From: an uncultured bacterium
Lineage (GTDB): Bacteria > Actinomycetota > Acidimicrobiia > Spongiisociales > UBA5794
Assembly: GCA_963801165.1 (NCBI GenBank)
Contig: CAWDDT010000005.1
Location: 416,001-480,000, forward strand
Length of the DNA: 64,000 bases
Direction of reading: 5' to 3'
A program made the translations under genes and the position numbers. The notes below the pieces were generated by a model. It made no database searches and was not told where the DNA came from. It saw nothing but the letters and a program-made list of their open reading frames with translations. Below are positions 1-8,004 of this stretch, piece by piece (the stretch's first letter is position 1; each line of letters opens with the position of its first letter).

Positions 1-53
1 TCGAGGCCCATCATCCCCGTGCCAATCACGCCGTAGCGGATCTTGTCCGTCAT
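1..53 (-). CDS. 5' end of a Gfo/Idh/MocA-family NAD-binding oxidoreductase, running off the left edge (possibly an NAD+-dependent sulfoquinovosidase)
   Basis: Reverse complement reads MTDKIRYGVIGTGMMGL, a Rossmann GxGxxG start, with an AAGGAG RBS just upstream. Not in the ORF track because it is truncated. Confidence 0.7.
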   Translation of the reverse strand, partial: MTDKIRYGVIGTGMMGL

Positions 54-82
54 CACTGTCTCCTTGTGCTCGGCCCGAGCAC

Positions 83-1105
83 CTAGTCAGGAATGCCGAG
101 ATACTTGTTGGTCGTCGCCACGGCCTCGGCACCGGTGGCGTGCATTTCCATCGCGGCGCGGACCGCGTCGATCGTCTCGGGGATCGTCACCGACTCCTGT
201 GGGATGTTGATCCCCCACACGACGTCATCGCCGGAGAGACCCACCATCTCTTCCCACAAGCCGATCTCATACATATCGGCCCGTGGGTACTCCATGTACC
301 GCGCCCACTGGAACAGCGAGGCGTTCGAGTTGAAGCCGTCGGCGATCCGGACGACCTTGATGCGCGGGTAGGCCTTGAACGCTTCGAGAGCTCGGTCTAC
401 CGAGATCTTCGCCTTCGGCGTCGCACACAAAGTGATGATGTGTCCGTGGGTGACCGGGGTGTGGATCAAGAGGCCGGTGGCGTCGACACCCTCCATGATG
501 TTCGACAGGTCGACGGCCTGGTGGTTGGGGATCGGCTCCACCTGGAGCACGTTGGTGAGACCACGGTGCGTATCGCCCGGGTCGGCGACACGGCGGATGA
601 TCGTGATGAATACCTTCTCGACCCCCACAGCCTTGTGGATGGCGTCGACGGCGCGGATCAAGCCGGTGGTGTTACACGAGGTCAGCTTGAGGTAGTCCTT
701 ACCGAGACCCTTCTCGTAGTTGACGGTTCCGTGGAAGAACACATCTGCGACAGATCCTGCTTCGCCGCCCTGGAAGACGGCCTTGACGCCCGCGGCGACA
801 TACTTCTCCTTGTTTTTCGCACCGATCCCGCCGGGGGCGGCGTCGAGCATCACATCGACCTCACCGAGGAGATCGTCGAAGTTCCCCGAGACCGGGATAC
901 CCGCTGCTTCCAGCGCCTTTTCGGCACCGTCCATCGCGGTGAACAGCTTGTAGGGCATACCGCGCGCCGCGAGCGCACGCACCGGCAGCGTTGGAGCGAC
1001 ATCGGCCACACCGACCAACTCCATGTCCTCTTGCCGGGCAACGCCGGCGGCGAGCCGGTTGCCGATCACTCCATACCCGGCAACGCCGACCTTCACCTTG
1101 CTCAT
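83..1105 (-). CDS. Type II (archaeal-like) phosphorylating glyceraldehyde-3-phosphate dehydrogenase family protein
   Basis: GYGVIG Rossmann motif, catalytic SCNTTG, RRVADP and C-terminal QESVTIPETIDA match class II GAPDH rather than bacterial GapA. Confidence 0.88.
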   Translation of the reverse strand: MSKVKVGVAGYGVIGNRLAAGVARQEDMELVGVADVAPTLPVRALAARGMPYKLFTAMDGAEKALEAAGIPVSGNFDDLLGEVDVMLDAAPGGIGAKNKEKYVAAGVKAVFQGGEAGSVADVFFHGTVNYEKGLGKDYLKLTSCNTTGLIRAVDAIHKAVGVEKVFITIIRRVADPGDTHRGLTNVLQVEPIPNHQAVDLSNIMEGVDATGLLIHTPVTHGHIITLCATPKAKISVDRALEAFKAYPRIKVVRIADGFNSNASLFQWARYMEYPRADMYEIGLWEEMVGLSGDDVVWGINIPQESVTIPETIDAVRAAMEMHATGAEAVATTNKYLGIPD

Positions 1106-1118
1106 TGCTGTCTCCTCT

Positions 1119-2531
1119 CTATAGATCGATAACGGGGATACCCCAGCGAGCCGCCAGGGCTTCTAGCTCCTCGCGATAGTCGCCGTACACGATTCCGAAG
1201 TGGTGTTCCAGGCCTTCTCTGGCGATGGTCGCGACGATCTCGGGTGCGGGCACGTCGAACTCGACAACGCCTGCAGTTCCCGAGAATGCAAGCGGTTCTT
1301 CGAGCATCGTACCGCCCCCTATGACCAGCGACTGCATCCCTCCTGCCTGGCTCAGCCGGCAGATCGTCACCCTGCCGGGACGCAGGGCGAACTCATTGAG
1401 CAGGGGCAGCTTCCGGTTCGAGTGAATCGTGCCGACCGCGGAACCGTCGTCAGGCGCCATGTGCATCGGGGCGAGCCCGCAGTGCCACATCACACCCGTC
1501 CTGCCCACGATGTCCATCTCCACCAGATCTGCGACAAAGGCAGGCTCGCCTGCGATGTACTGGAGCAACAGAGCAGTTACGTTTCCATAGACGTCGGCCT
1601 CGCAGGTTCCCGGCGTCCCATCGTCGATGAGCATGCTCTGTGGCGAGCAGGCGGCGCCGCCGAACTCGGTGAAGCACTCAGGCCAGCATCTCGTGGCGAC
1701 ACCGGCCCAGGACCGCTCGTCGATCATCTTCTTCAGCCCGCCGTAGAGGCTCAGCGACCTGCCGAGCGACATCTGGTCGAGGCCGTCGAGATCGCCGAGC
1801 GAGGATTCGGCGCGCCTCCTGGTCGCCGCGATGGTCTCGGCAGGTGTTGCGGCCGCCGCGGCGAACATGTCGGCGAGCTGGCTGCGTTCCACCGTCACCC
1901 CGGTCACCGCGGCAAGCGTCCCCGCGTCGTAGCCGCAGGGGTCGAAGCCGGTTGGCCGATCACCGATGACCCCGATCGTCGTCTCCGCCAGACGGGCGGC
2001 AACACCCGCCGCGGTTGTGGCGGCCGCTGCTGTCGTCTCCCGCGCCGGTCTTCTGCGGCTGGCTTCCTGCGTGATGCCCCGGGAGAGAATCTGCTCGATG
2101 TCGGCAACGGCGCCGGGATCGTCTGCGGCGCGGTGAACGTAGGCGAAGCTGCTCGCCGCCCGCACGAGAGCGAACGCGGCCAGGTTCAACCCGCAGAACG
2201 AGTTGAGCCTCAGCCTCCCTCCGGTCCTGGCCTCGGGGAAAGACCAGATGATGATCGGCGTCTCGAACCTCGCCCCGATTGCCTCGGTCATCGACGAGTC
2301 GGTGAACGAAACCTGGAGCAGCAGCAACGCATCGAGGTCGCCGTCGCTGAATTGCTCTAGTGCCAATTCGGTGCTGGCGGCGTCGAAAAGCAGGTCCGTC
2401 GTCCCGATCAACTCGGCATCGAGACCACCCAGGGTCGCCAGCGCCGCGGCCGCTACCTCTTCTGCGTACGGAACGTCGAACGTGGGGCGGGCAAGCGCCA
2501 GCACGCCGAGTCGTCTCCGGGACCGGGTCAT
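1119..2531 (-). CDS. sqvD: L-fucose-isomerase-like protein, probable sulfoquinovose isomerase (SqvD/SftI type)
   Basis: Motifs RPTFD, GGRLRLNS, RCWPE, CEADVYG, WHCG, HSNRK, FSGT and HFGIVYGD resemble Bacillus SqvD as I recall it. Start moved to ATG 2531 (MTRSRRR); the longer ORF overlaps the transaldolase. Confidence 0.75.
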   Translation of the reverse strand: MTRSRRRLGVLALARPTFDVPYAEEVAAAALATLGGLDAELIGTTDLLFDAASTELALEQFSDGDLDALLLLQVSFTDSSMTEAIGARFETPIIIWSFPEARTGGRLRLNSFCGLNLAAFALVRAASSFAYVHRAADDPGAVADIEQILSRGITQEASRRRPARETTAAAATTAAGVAARLAETTIGVIGDRPTGFDPCGYDAGTLAAVTGVTVERSQLADMFAAAAATPAETIAATRRRAESSLGDLDGLDQMSLGRSLSLYGGLKKMIDERSWAGVATRCWPECFTEFGGAACSPQSMLIDDGTPGTCEADVYGNVTALLLQYIAGEPAFVADLVEMDIVGRTGVMWHCGLAPMHMAPDDGSAVGTIHSNRKLPLLNEFALRPGRVTICRLSQAGGMQSLVIGGGTMLEEPLAFSGTAGVVEFDVPAPEIVATIAREGLEHHFGIVYGDYREELEALAARWGIPVIDL

Positions 2532-2535
2532 GGCA

Positions 2536-3198
2536 CTACTCGTAGGGGGTCTCGTCCCAGAATGACTGGAACTTGGCGAGACCCACGTCGGTGTAGGGAT
2601 GGGCGAACGCATCCTGGAAGACAGGCATCCCTGCGGTGACGATGTCGGCACCGACCACGGCGGAGTTGACTATCTGCCTGGCGTTGCGGGCTGCCGCAAC
2701 GATAATCTCGGTCTCGAAGCCGTATACGTCGCGGATCGCCGCCACTTCGTCGACGAAGTGGGTGATCTCCTCACCGTTGCTCTCCTTCCAACCGATGAAC
2801 GGGGAGACGAACGCCGCCCCCATCCGCATCGCCTGGAGGGCTTGGGCCGCTGAGAAGACCAGGGTGAGATTCGAACGGATGCCCTGGTCGGCAAGCTCGA
2901 AGACTGCCTTGAACCCGGGCTCGGTTGCGGGCAGCTTGATGACGAAGTTGGGTGACATGGCGGAGAGCTTCTTCCCCTCGGCGACCATCGTCTTCCAATC
3001 ATCGAGGTGAGGGTTGACCTCCACCGAGATCGGCTTGTCGGTGCCGTCGAAGATGGTGGCGATCTCGTTGATCACCTTGAGGAACGGCTTGCCCGACACC
3101 TGGACGTGACGGGGGTTGGTCGTGACGCCGTCGATATTCCACATCTCGAGGGCGTACTCGATGTCATCGGTCTTGGCACTGTCGAGGAAAAACTTCAC
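2536..3198 (-). CDS. sqvA: Small transaldolase/FSA family protein, probable 6-deoxy-6-sulfofructose transaldolase (SqvA/SftT)
   Basis: FLDSA, DGVTTNPRH, Schiff-base Lys in VIKLP, SPFIGWKE and AARN. The NPRH Arg, GWKE Trp and RN Arg differ from ordinary TalC/FSA (NPSL, GR.DD) and match the sulfonate-binding Arg-Trp-Arg set of SqvA as recalled. Confidence 0.82.
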   Translation of the reverse strand: MKFFLDSAKTDDIEYALEMWNIDGVTTNPRHVQVSGKPFLKVINEIATIFDGTDKPISVEVNPHLDDWKTMVAEGKKLSAMSPNFVIKLPATEPGFKAVFELADQGIRSNLTLVFSAAQALQAMRMGAAFVSPFIGWKESNGEEITHFVDEVAAIRDVYGFETEIIVAAARNARQIVNSAVVGADIVTAGMPVFQDAFAHPYTDVGLAKFQSFWDETPYE

Positions 3199-3207
3199 GT
3201 TTTGCTC

Positions 3208-4140
3208 CTAACTTGTCGTGAGAGTCTGTAGAACGTTGGCAACCGTCACCTCGCTGACGCGGGTGTTCGATTCGGCGGTGAGGCCGGCGATATGGGGGGT
3301 GAGGACGATGTTGTCGAGCCCGGCGAACTTCAGGGCGCCCTCCTCGGTCAGCGGCTCCTCCTCGAATACGTCGAGCGCCGCCCCCGCGAGATGACCCCGG
3401 CGGACGGCATCGGCGAGGGCTACATCGTCGACGACCCCACCCCGGGACGTGTTGATGACCACAGCAGCGGGTGCCAGCCACGCCAGTGCGGCGGCATCGA
3501 GGATGTGCCGGGTATCGGCGGTGAGCGGGACGTGAATGCTCACTGCGTCGCGGCCGGTGAGCAACGACTTCACCGTGTCGTATCTCGTGATCCCCTGCCA
3601 GACAGGGTCGTCGGCAGCTAGGAAGGGGTCGTATGCGGAGACCGTCATGCCGAGGGCGGTCGCCCGCTCGGCGACGAGCCGAGCGATTTCGCCGAAGCCG
3701 ACGAGAGCCAGGCTCTTGCCCGCTGTCTCCCTGCCCTGGAGGTCCGCCCGTGGCCATGATCCACTCAGCATCCGCACCTTCGAGGCATACGCACCCCGAA
3801 ACAACATGAGAAGGGCGGCGATGACGTACTCGGCAACGGCGACGGCGTTGGCTCCGGTGGCCGGATGGACAGCTACCCCACGCCGGGCACAAGCGTCCAG
3901 ATCGATGTTGTCGAGACCGACGCCGAGCCGGCCGACGACACGCAAGCGCGGGGCAGCATCAAGCAGCTCCTCGTCGACCCTGGTTCGGTTGCGAACGATG
4001 ATCGCCTCGGCTTCGGCGAGCTCGGATAGCAACCGGGATCGGTCATCTACGAGGCCGGGATCGAAAGAAAGACTGAACTTTCCCTGCAACGGCTCGAGAG
4101 CATCTCGGCTCATGAATTCGGATACGACTATCTGTGACAT
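3208..4140 (-). CDS. slcC: D-isomer-specific 2-hydroxyacid dehydrogenase, (S)-sulfolactate dehydrogenase SlcC-like
   Basis: N-terminal IVVSEFM, DPGLVDD, IVRNRT, GRLGVGLDNID, PATGANA and TPHIAGLT.ESN.RVS as in the SlcC subfamily; 310 aa with no SerA ACT domain. Confidence 0.7.
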   Translation of the reverse strand: MSQIVVSEFMSRDALEPLQGKFSLSFDPGLVDDRSRLLSELAEAEAIIVRNRTRVDEELLDAAPRLRVVGRLGVGLDNIDLDACARRGVAVHPATGANAVAVAEYVIAALLMLFRGAYASKVRMLSGSWPRADLQGRETAGKSLALVGFGEIARLVAERATALGMTVSAYDPFLAADDPVWQGITRYDTVKSLLTGRDAVSIHVPLTADTRHILDAAALAWLAPAAVVINTSRGGVVDDVALADAVRRGHLAGAALDVFEEEPLTEEGALKFAGLDNIVLTPHIAGLTAESNTRVSEVTVANVLQTLTTS

Positions 4141-4176
4141 CGAGAAACCTCACTGATCTCAACTTAGACTACTACT

Positions 4177-4188
4177 GGAACCGGTTCC
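4177..4188. promoter_or_regulatory. Candidate LacI-family operator
   Basis: Perfect palindrome GGAACCGGTTCC with central CG between the divergent operons; a related half-site TGGAAACGCG lies near 4279-4288. Confidence 0.55.
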
Positions 4189-4323
4189 GTTTTTCAACCG
4201 GAAATCTACGGCAGCTCTCGTCCTCTGGCAGTACATGGATGGACGTGACTTTGAGACAGCGAGGGTCGTCGTTATTGTTGGAAACGCGTCGGCGCTCGGC
4301 CGGCGCTCAAGGAGGAGGACTCC

Positions 4324-5733
4324 ATGAAGCAACTCAAGTGGTTGCTGCTGGTAGTTGTGTTTGCCATGCTCGCTGCGGCGTGCGGCAACGACAGCTCTGG
4401 GGACACAACGACGGCAGCTCCATCGAATACAACTGCGGCGGCTACAACGACAACTGCAGGCAGTACAGAAACCACAATGGCCGAGACCACGACCACCGCA
4501 GGAATGGTCGATCTCACCGGCACCAAGGTGACGGTGTTTGGTCCCGAAGAGACCGCGGCTGAGGCAGGATCGCTGCAGGCGACCCTCGATCTCTTCGCCG
4601 CACAAACCGGCATAGAGATCGTCTACACCGGTGCTCGCGACGCGTCGGATCAGATCAACGCACAGGTAGCCGGCGGCAACCCGCCGGACATCTTCGTGTT
4701 CCCGCAGCCAGGCAAACTGGCCGACTTCGCCCGGCAGGGTGCTCTGTACCCGCTGCCTGACGATGTGCTGGCAACGGTCGCGGCAAACCAGAGTGATGCG
4801 TGGACTTCGTTCGGCAACGTCGACGGTGTCCAGTACGGCATCCCGACCAAGGCCGACCTCAAGTCGCTCGTCTGGTATCAGCCGGCGCGTTTCGCAGCCG
4901 CCGGCTACACGATCCCGCAGACGTGGGACGAGCTCAAGGCCCTCAGCAACCAGATGATCGCCGACGGCAACACGCCGTGGTGTGTCGGCATCGAGTCCGG
5001 CGCCGCCACCGGGTGGCCGTTCACGGACTGGGTCGAGGATCTGATGCTCCGTTACTACGGGCCCGATGTCTACGACCAGTGGGTCTCGCACGAAGTTCCG
5101 TTCTCGGACCAGCGCGTCATCGACGTGTTCAATCAGATCAGGGACCTCTGGGATACCCCCGGAGCGGTATATGCAGCAGGCGGTTCCATCGCTTCCACCG
5201 CTTTTGGTGACAACGGCGAGCCGCTCGTCAACGGCGACTGCTTCATGCACCGCCAGGCGTCGTTCTTCTCGGCCTTCTTCCCGGATGGGACCCCGGTCGC
5301 CGACGGTAGTGATGGCGCAGTTGACGTCTTCTACTTCCCGGCTGTTGATCCGAACACCCACCCGGTGCTTGGTGCCGGTACGTTGGTCGGTGCGTTCCGC
5401 GACGCTCCCGAGGTGTGGGCAGTGATGAACTACTTCGCCACCTCGGAGTACGGTCAGAACCGGCAGAAGCTGCAGGCACTCTCTAAGGGTGGCGGCGGCG
5501 CACTGTCCGGCTTCCTGTCGCCGGCAACGCAGCAGGACATGAGCGTGTACAACCCGCTCGAGCAGTCGTTCCTCGACATTCTGGCGAGTGCGGATGTTGT
5601 CCGATTCGACGGATCCGACCTGATGCCGACAGCCGTCGGCTCGGGCGCCTTCTGGACCGAAGGAACCAGCTTCATCAATGGCCAGGAGGACGCTGCAGCA
5701 GCAACCGCGGCCATCGATGCGGCGTGGCCGTAA
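4324..5733 (+). CDS. Carbohydrate ABC transporter substrate-binding lipoprotein (AglE/GgtB alpha-glucoside type)
   Basis: GGAGG RBS, lipobox LAAAC, Thr-rich linker, PQPG, KSLVWY, WCVGIESGAATGWP.TDWVED, HRQASF and FDGSDLMP. Confidence 0.9.
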   Translation: MKQLKWLLLVVVFAMLAAACGNDSSGDTTTAAPSNTTAAATTTTAGSTETTMAETTTTAGMVDLTGTKVTVFGPEETAAEAGSLQATLDLFAAQTGIEIVYTGARDASDQINAQVAGGNPPDIFVFPQPGKLADFARQGALYPLPDDVLATVAANQSDAWTSFGNVDGVQYGIPTKADLKSLVWYQPARFAAAGYTIPQTWDELKALSNQMIADGNTPWCVGIESGAATGWPFTDWVEDLMLRYYGPDVYDQWVSHEVPFSDQRVIDVFNQIRDLWDTPGAVYAAGGSIASTAFGDNGEPLVNGDCFMHRQASFFSAFFPDGTPVADGSDGAVDVFYFPAVDPNTHPVLGAGTLVGAFRDAPEVWAVMNYFATSEYGQNRQKLQALSKGGGGALSGFLSPATQQDMSVYNPLEQSFLDILASADVVRFDGSDLMPTAVGSGAFWTEGTSFINGQEDAAAATAAIDAAWP

Positions 5734-5762
5734 ACCGATATCGACCGAATAGTTGAGTAAAG

Positions 5763-5796
5763 GCAGGGCGCCGGCACGAAGGTGCCGGCGCCCTGC
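5763..5796 (+). terminator. Intercistronic stem-loop after the binding-protein gene (mRNA stabiliser or attenuator)
   Basis: Perfect 15-bp stem GCAGGGCGCCGGCAC-GAAG-GTGCCGGCGCCCTGC. Confidence 0.75.
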
Positions 5797-5895
5797 GACT
5801 TTCGAGGGTCCGTGCGGGAGAGAAACGGACCGGGCGGCGAGCCGGCGTGAGTCGAATCTTGCGTCTGTTGGTCACCCCCCGAGGATGGGAGGACG

Positions 5896-8004
5896 ATGGA
5901 TCGAGTATTCGCAACATTGATCAGCATCGTGGCCGCGGTCGGCGGTAGCGCGGGGCTGTTCGTCGGAGCCAACAAGCTCTTTGACCTGGCACGAAGCCGG
6001 TACCCGGTCTTTAGCTCCATGATTGGAGCGCTGCTCGGCTTCAGTACCGGGCTCTTGATGTGGGCCAACCGTGTTTCCATAGTGGGCCACGGGCCGCTGG
6101 TCGGTGCCCCGAACCCAACCGGGTTCGTCGCAGCCGTCGACTTCGTGGTGACGCTGGTTGCCAACACCATCGTGCCGACGCTCATCGGTCTGGCCGGGGG
6201 CTGGCTGTACGCCAGGGTGAGCGGGTCGGCCGTCACCTCGACCCAGTACCAGCTCGGTGACCGTGAGGCCGAAGATACGCCCACGACGATGTCGGACAGT
6301 GTCCGGAGGAATCGGTTGCTGGTGGCCATGGCCACCACCGGACTGCTGGGGCTGTGGTTTGCGCTCTTCTACGAGCTGGCCCTGGTGCCGGCGTTCGAGA
6401 TCGGCAAACTCATCATCTGGACGGTTATCGGGCTGGCCATTGCCGCGGCACTCTGGTACACGGGTAAGCGGAGATCGCCGCTCGGAGCCTCACTCGCCCT
6501 CGGCGGAGGCCTCGGTTGGCTCATCGGCACGATGGTCGCCCCCCAACTGGGGGACTTCAAACGGGTGCTGTCTATTGCCGGCATGGATCTAGACGGTGAC
6601 CAGATCTGGACAATTCTGGCGATGGTGATCGGCTTCGTTGCCGTCGGTGCATACATCGGCCTCAAGCCCGTCGCCAGATATCCAACGAGAGACAGAATCG
6701 CCCGGAATTCGCGCGTGTACATATTCCTCGGCCCGGCGCTGCTATTCATCTTCGCCTCGCTGATGCTGCCTGCGTTGCGCACCATCTGGCTGTCGTTCCT
6801 TGGTCCCGACGCGACGCTGCCGCCCACCGAGCGTGCCGCCGGTGGCGTTGACAAGCTTGTCGGGTTGACCAACTACAAGGACGTGTTCAGCGACCCGAAC
6901 AACTGGAATCTGAGCAACTGGTCCGACATCTTTGGCAGTACGCTGTTCTGGGGCGCGATCATCCTGATCGTAGGCGGGGTCATAGCCGGTATCGTGCTGG
7001 GTCGGCAGCGCGGGATGTCGTTCGAGAAATCAGGCGGCTCGCTGGCCCCGATCTCAATCGGTGCGTTCCTGCTGCTCACCTCCCTGTTCGCCGCATTGCG
7101 GGGAACCGTGTTCAACAACCTGTGGTGGGTGGTTGCGGTCACCACCCTGGCAAGCGTGTTCGGTTTGGCAGTCGCCGTGCTGGCGGACAGGGCCAAAATG
7201 GAGAACATCGCCAAATCGCTGATCTTCATGCCGATGGCGATCTCGTTTGTCGGCGCCGGCATCATATGGCGGTTCGTCTACAACGCCAGGGAAGTTCGTC
7301 AGGATCAGACGGGTGTGCTGAATGCCATCTGGGTCGCTCTTGGCCAGCTGTCAAACAGCGGTTGGCCCAAGGTCCTAGCGGCATTGCTGCTTGCAGCCGT
7401 CATCGCAGGCCTGGGTTACATGAGCTGGCGGGGTTATAAGGCAGGGGCGACCGGGCTTTTCGCCGGCTCGCTGGTAACGGCGCTGCCGTTCCTGTACATC
7501 CTGGTACGGCTCCTCACCAACGGTATCGGCGGGTTCTCGGTAGCCGACGACGGCACGATACTCAAAGAGACGATCCTCGTTCGTGAGTCCAGCCCGTACA
7601 ACAACCTGTTCCTGATGGTGGTCCTGATCTGGATCCAGACCGGATTCACGATGGTCATCTTCTCGGCAGCGATCAAGGCGGTCCCCTCTGATCTGATCGA
7701 AGCGTCGAAGGTTGACGGCGCTACCGAGTCGCAGACGTTCTGGCGGGTCACCATCCCGCAGATCGCACCGACGATCGGCGTGGTGATAACAACGCTGATC
7801 GTGTTGGTGATGAAGGTCTTCGACATCGTCAAGGTCATGACAAACGGGAACTTCGACACCCAGGTACTAGCCAACGCCATGTTCACAACCGCCTTCACGA
7901 ACTTCAACTTCGGTAAAGGTTCGGCGCTGGCGGTGCTGATCCTCCTATCGGTGCTCCCGGTGATGATCTTGAACATACGCCGCATGCAGAAGGAGGCCCG
8001 CTGA
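5896..8004 (+). CDS. Sugar ABC transporter permease (AglF-like), enlarged with extra TM segments
   Basis: IFMPMAISFVGAGIIWRF, WIQTGF and EAA loop (EASKVDGA); 702 aa. Confidence 0.88.
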   Translation: MDRVFATLISIVAAVGGSAGLFVGANKLFDLARSRYPVFSSMIGALLGFSTGLLMWANRVSIVGHGPLVGAPNPTGFVAAVDFVVTLVANTIVPTLIGLAGGWLYARVSGSAVTSTQYQLGDREAEDTPTTMSDSVRRNRLLVAMATTGLLGLWFALFYELALVPAFEIGKLIIWTVIGLAIAAALWYTGKRRSPLGASLALGGGLGWLIGTMVAPQLGDFKRVLSIAGMDLDGDQIWTILAMVIGFVAVGAYIGLKPVARYPTRDRIARNSRVYIFLGPALLFIFASLMLPALRTIWLSFLGPDATLPPTERAAGGVDKLVGLTNYKDVFSDPNNWNLSNWSDIFGSTLFWGAIILIVGGVIAGIVLGRQRGMSFEKSGGSLAPISIGAFLLLTSLFAALRGTVFNNLWWVVAVTTLASVFGLAVAVLADRAKMENIAKSLIFMPMAISFVGAGIIWRFVYNAREVRQDQTGVLNAIWVALGQLSNSGWPKVLAALLLAAVIAGLGYMSWRGYKAGATGLFAGSLVTALPFLYILVRLLTNGIGGFSVADDGTILKETILVRESSPYNNLFLMVVLIWIQTGFTMVIFSAAIKAVPSDLIEASKVDGATESQTFWRVTIPQIAPTIGVVITTLIVLVMKVFDIVKVMTNGNFDTQVLANAMFTTAFTNFNFGKGSALAVLILLSVLPVMILNIRRMQKEAR

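Noticed and set aside
140-2360. Long + strand ORFs 140-1132 and 1200-2360
   Set aside because: Antisense shadows of real genes caused by high-GC codon bias; no motifs or RBS.
2536-3198. Ordinary fructose-6-phosphate aldolase or TalC call
   Set aside because: Active-site neighbourhood (NPRH, GWKE) and gene context fit the sulfofructose transaldolase subgroup better.
3208-4140. serA (phosphoglycerate dehydrogenase) call
   Set aside because: Too short, no regulatory domains, SlcC-type N-terminus, and sulfonate context.
4159-5361. 400-aa minus-strand ORF, and similar shadows at 7434-8510, 11945-12946, 33450-34595, 38475-39929 and 57887-59170
   Set aside because: Entirely opposite well-supported genes; composition typical of shadow frames.
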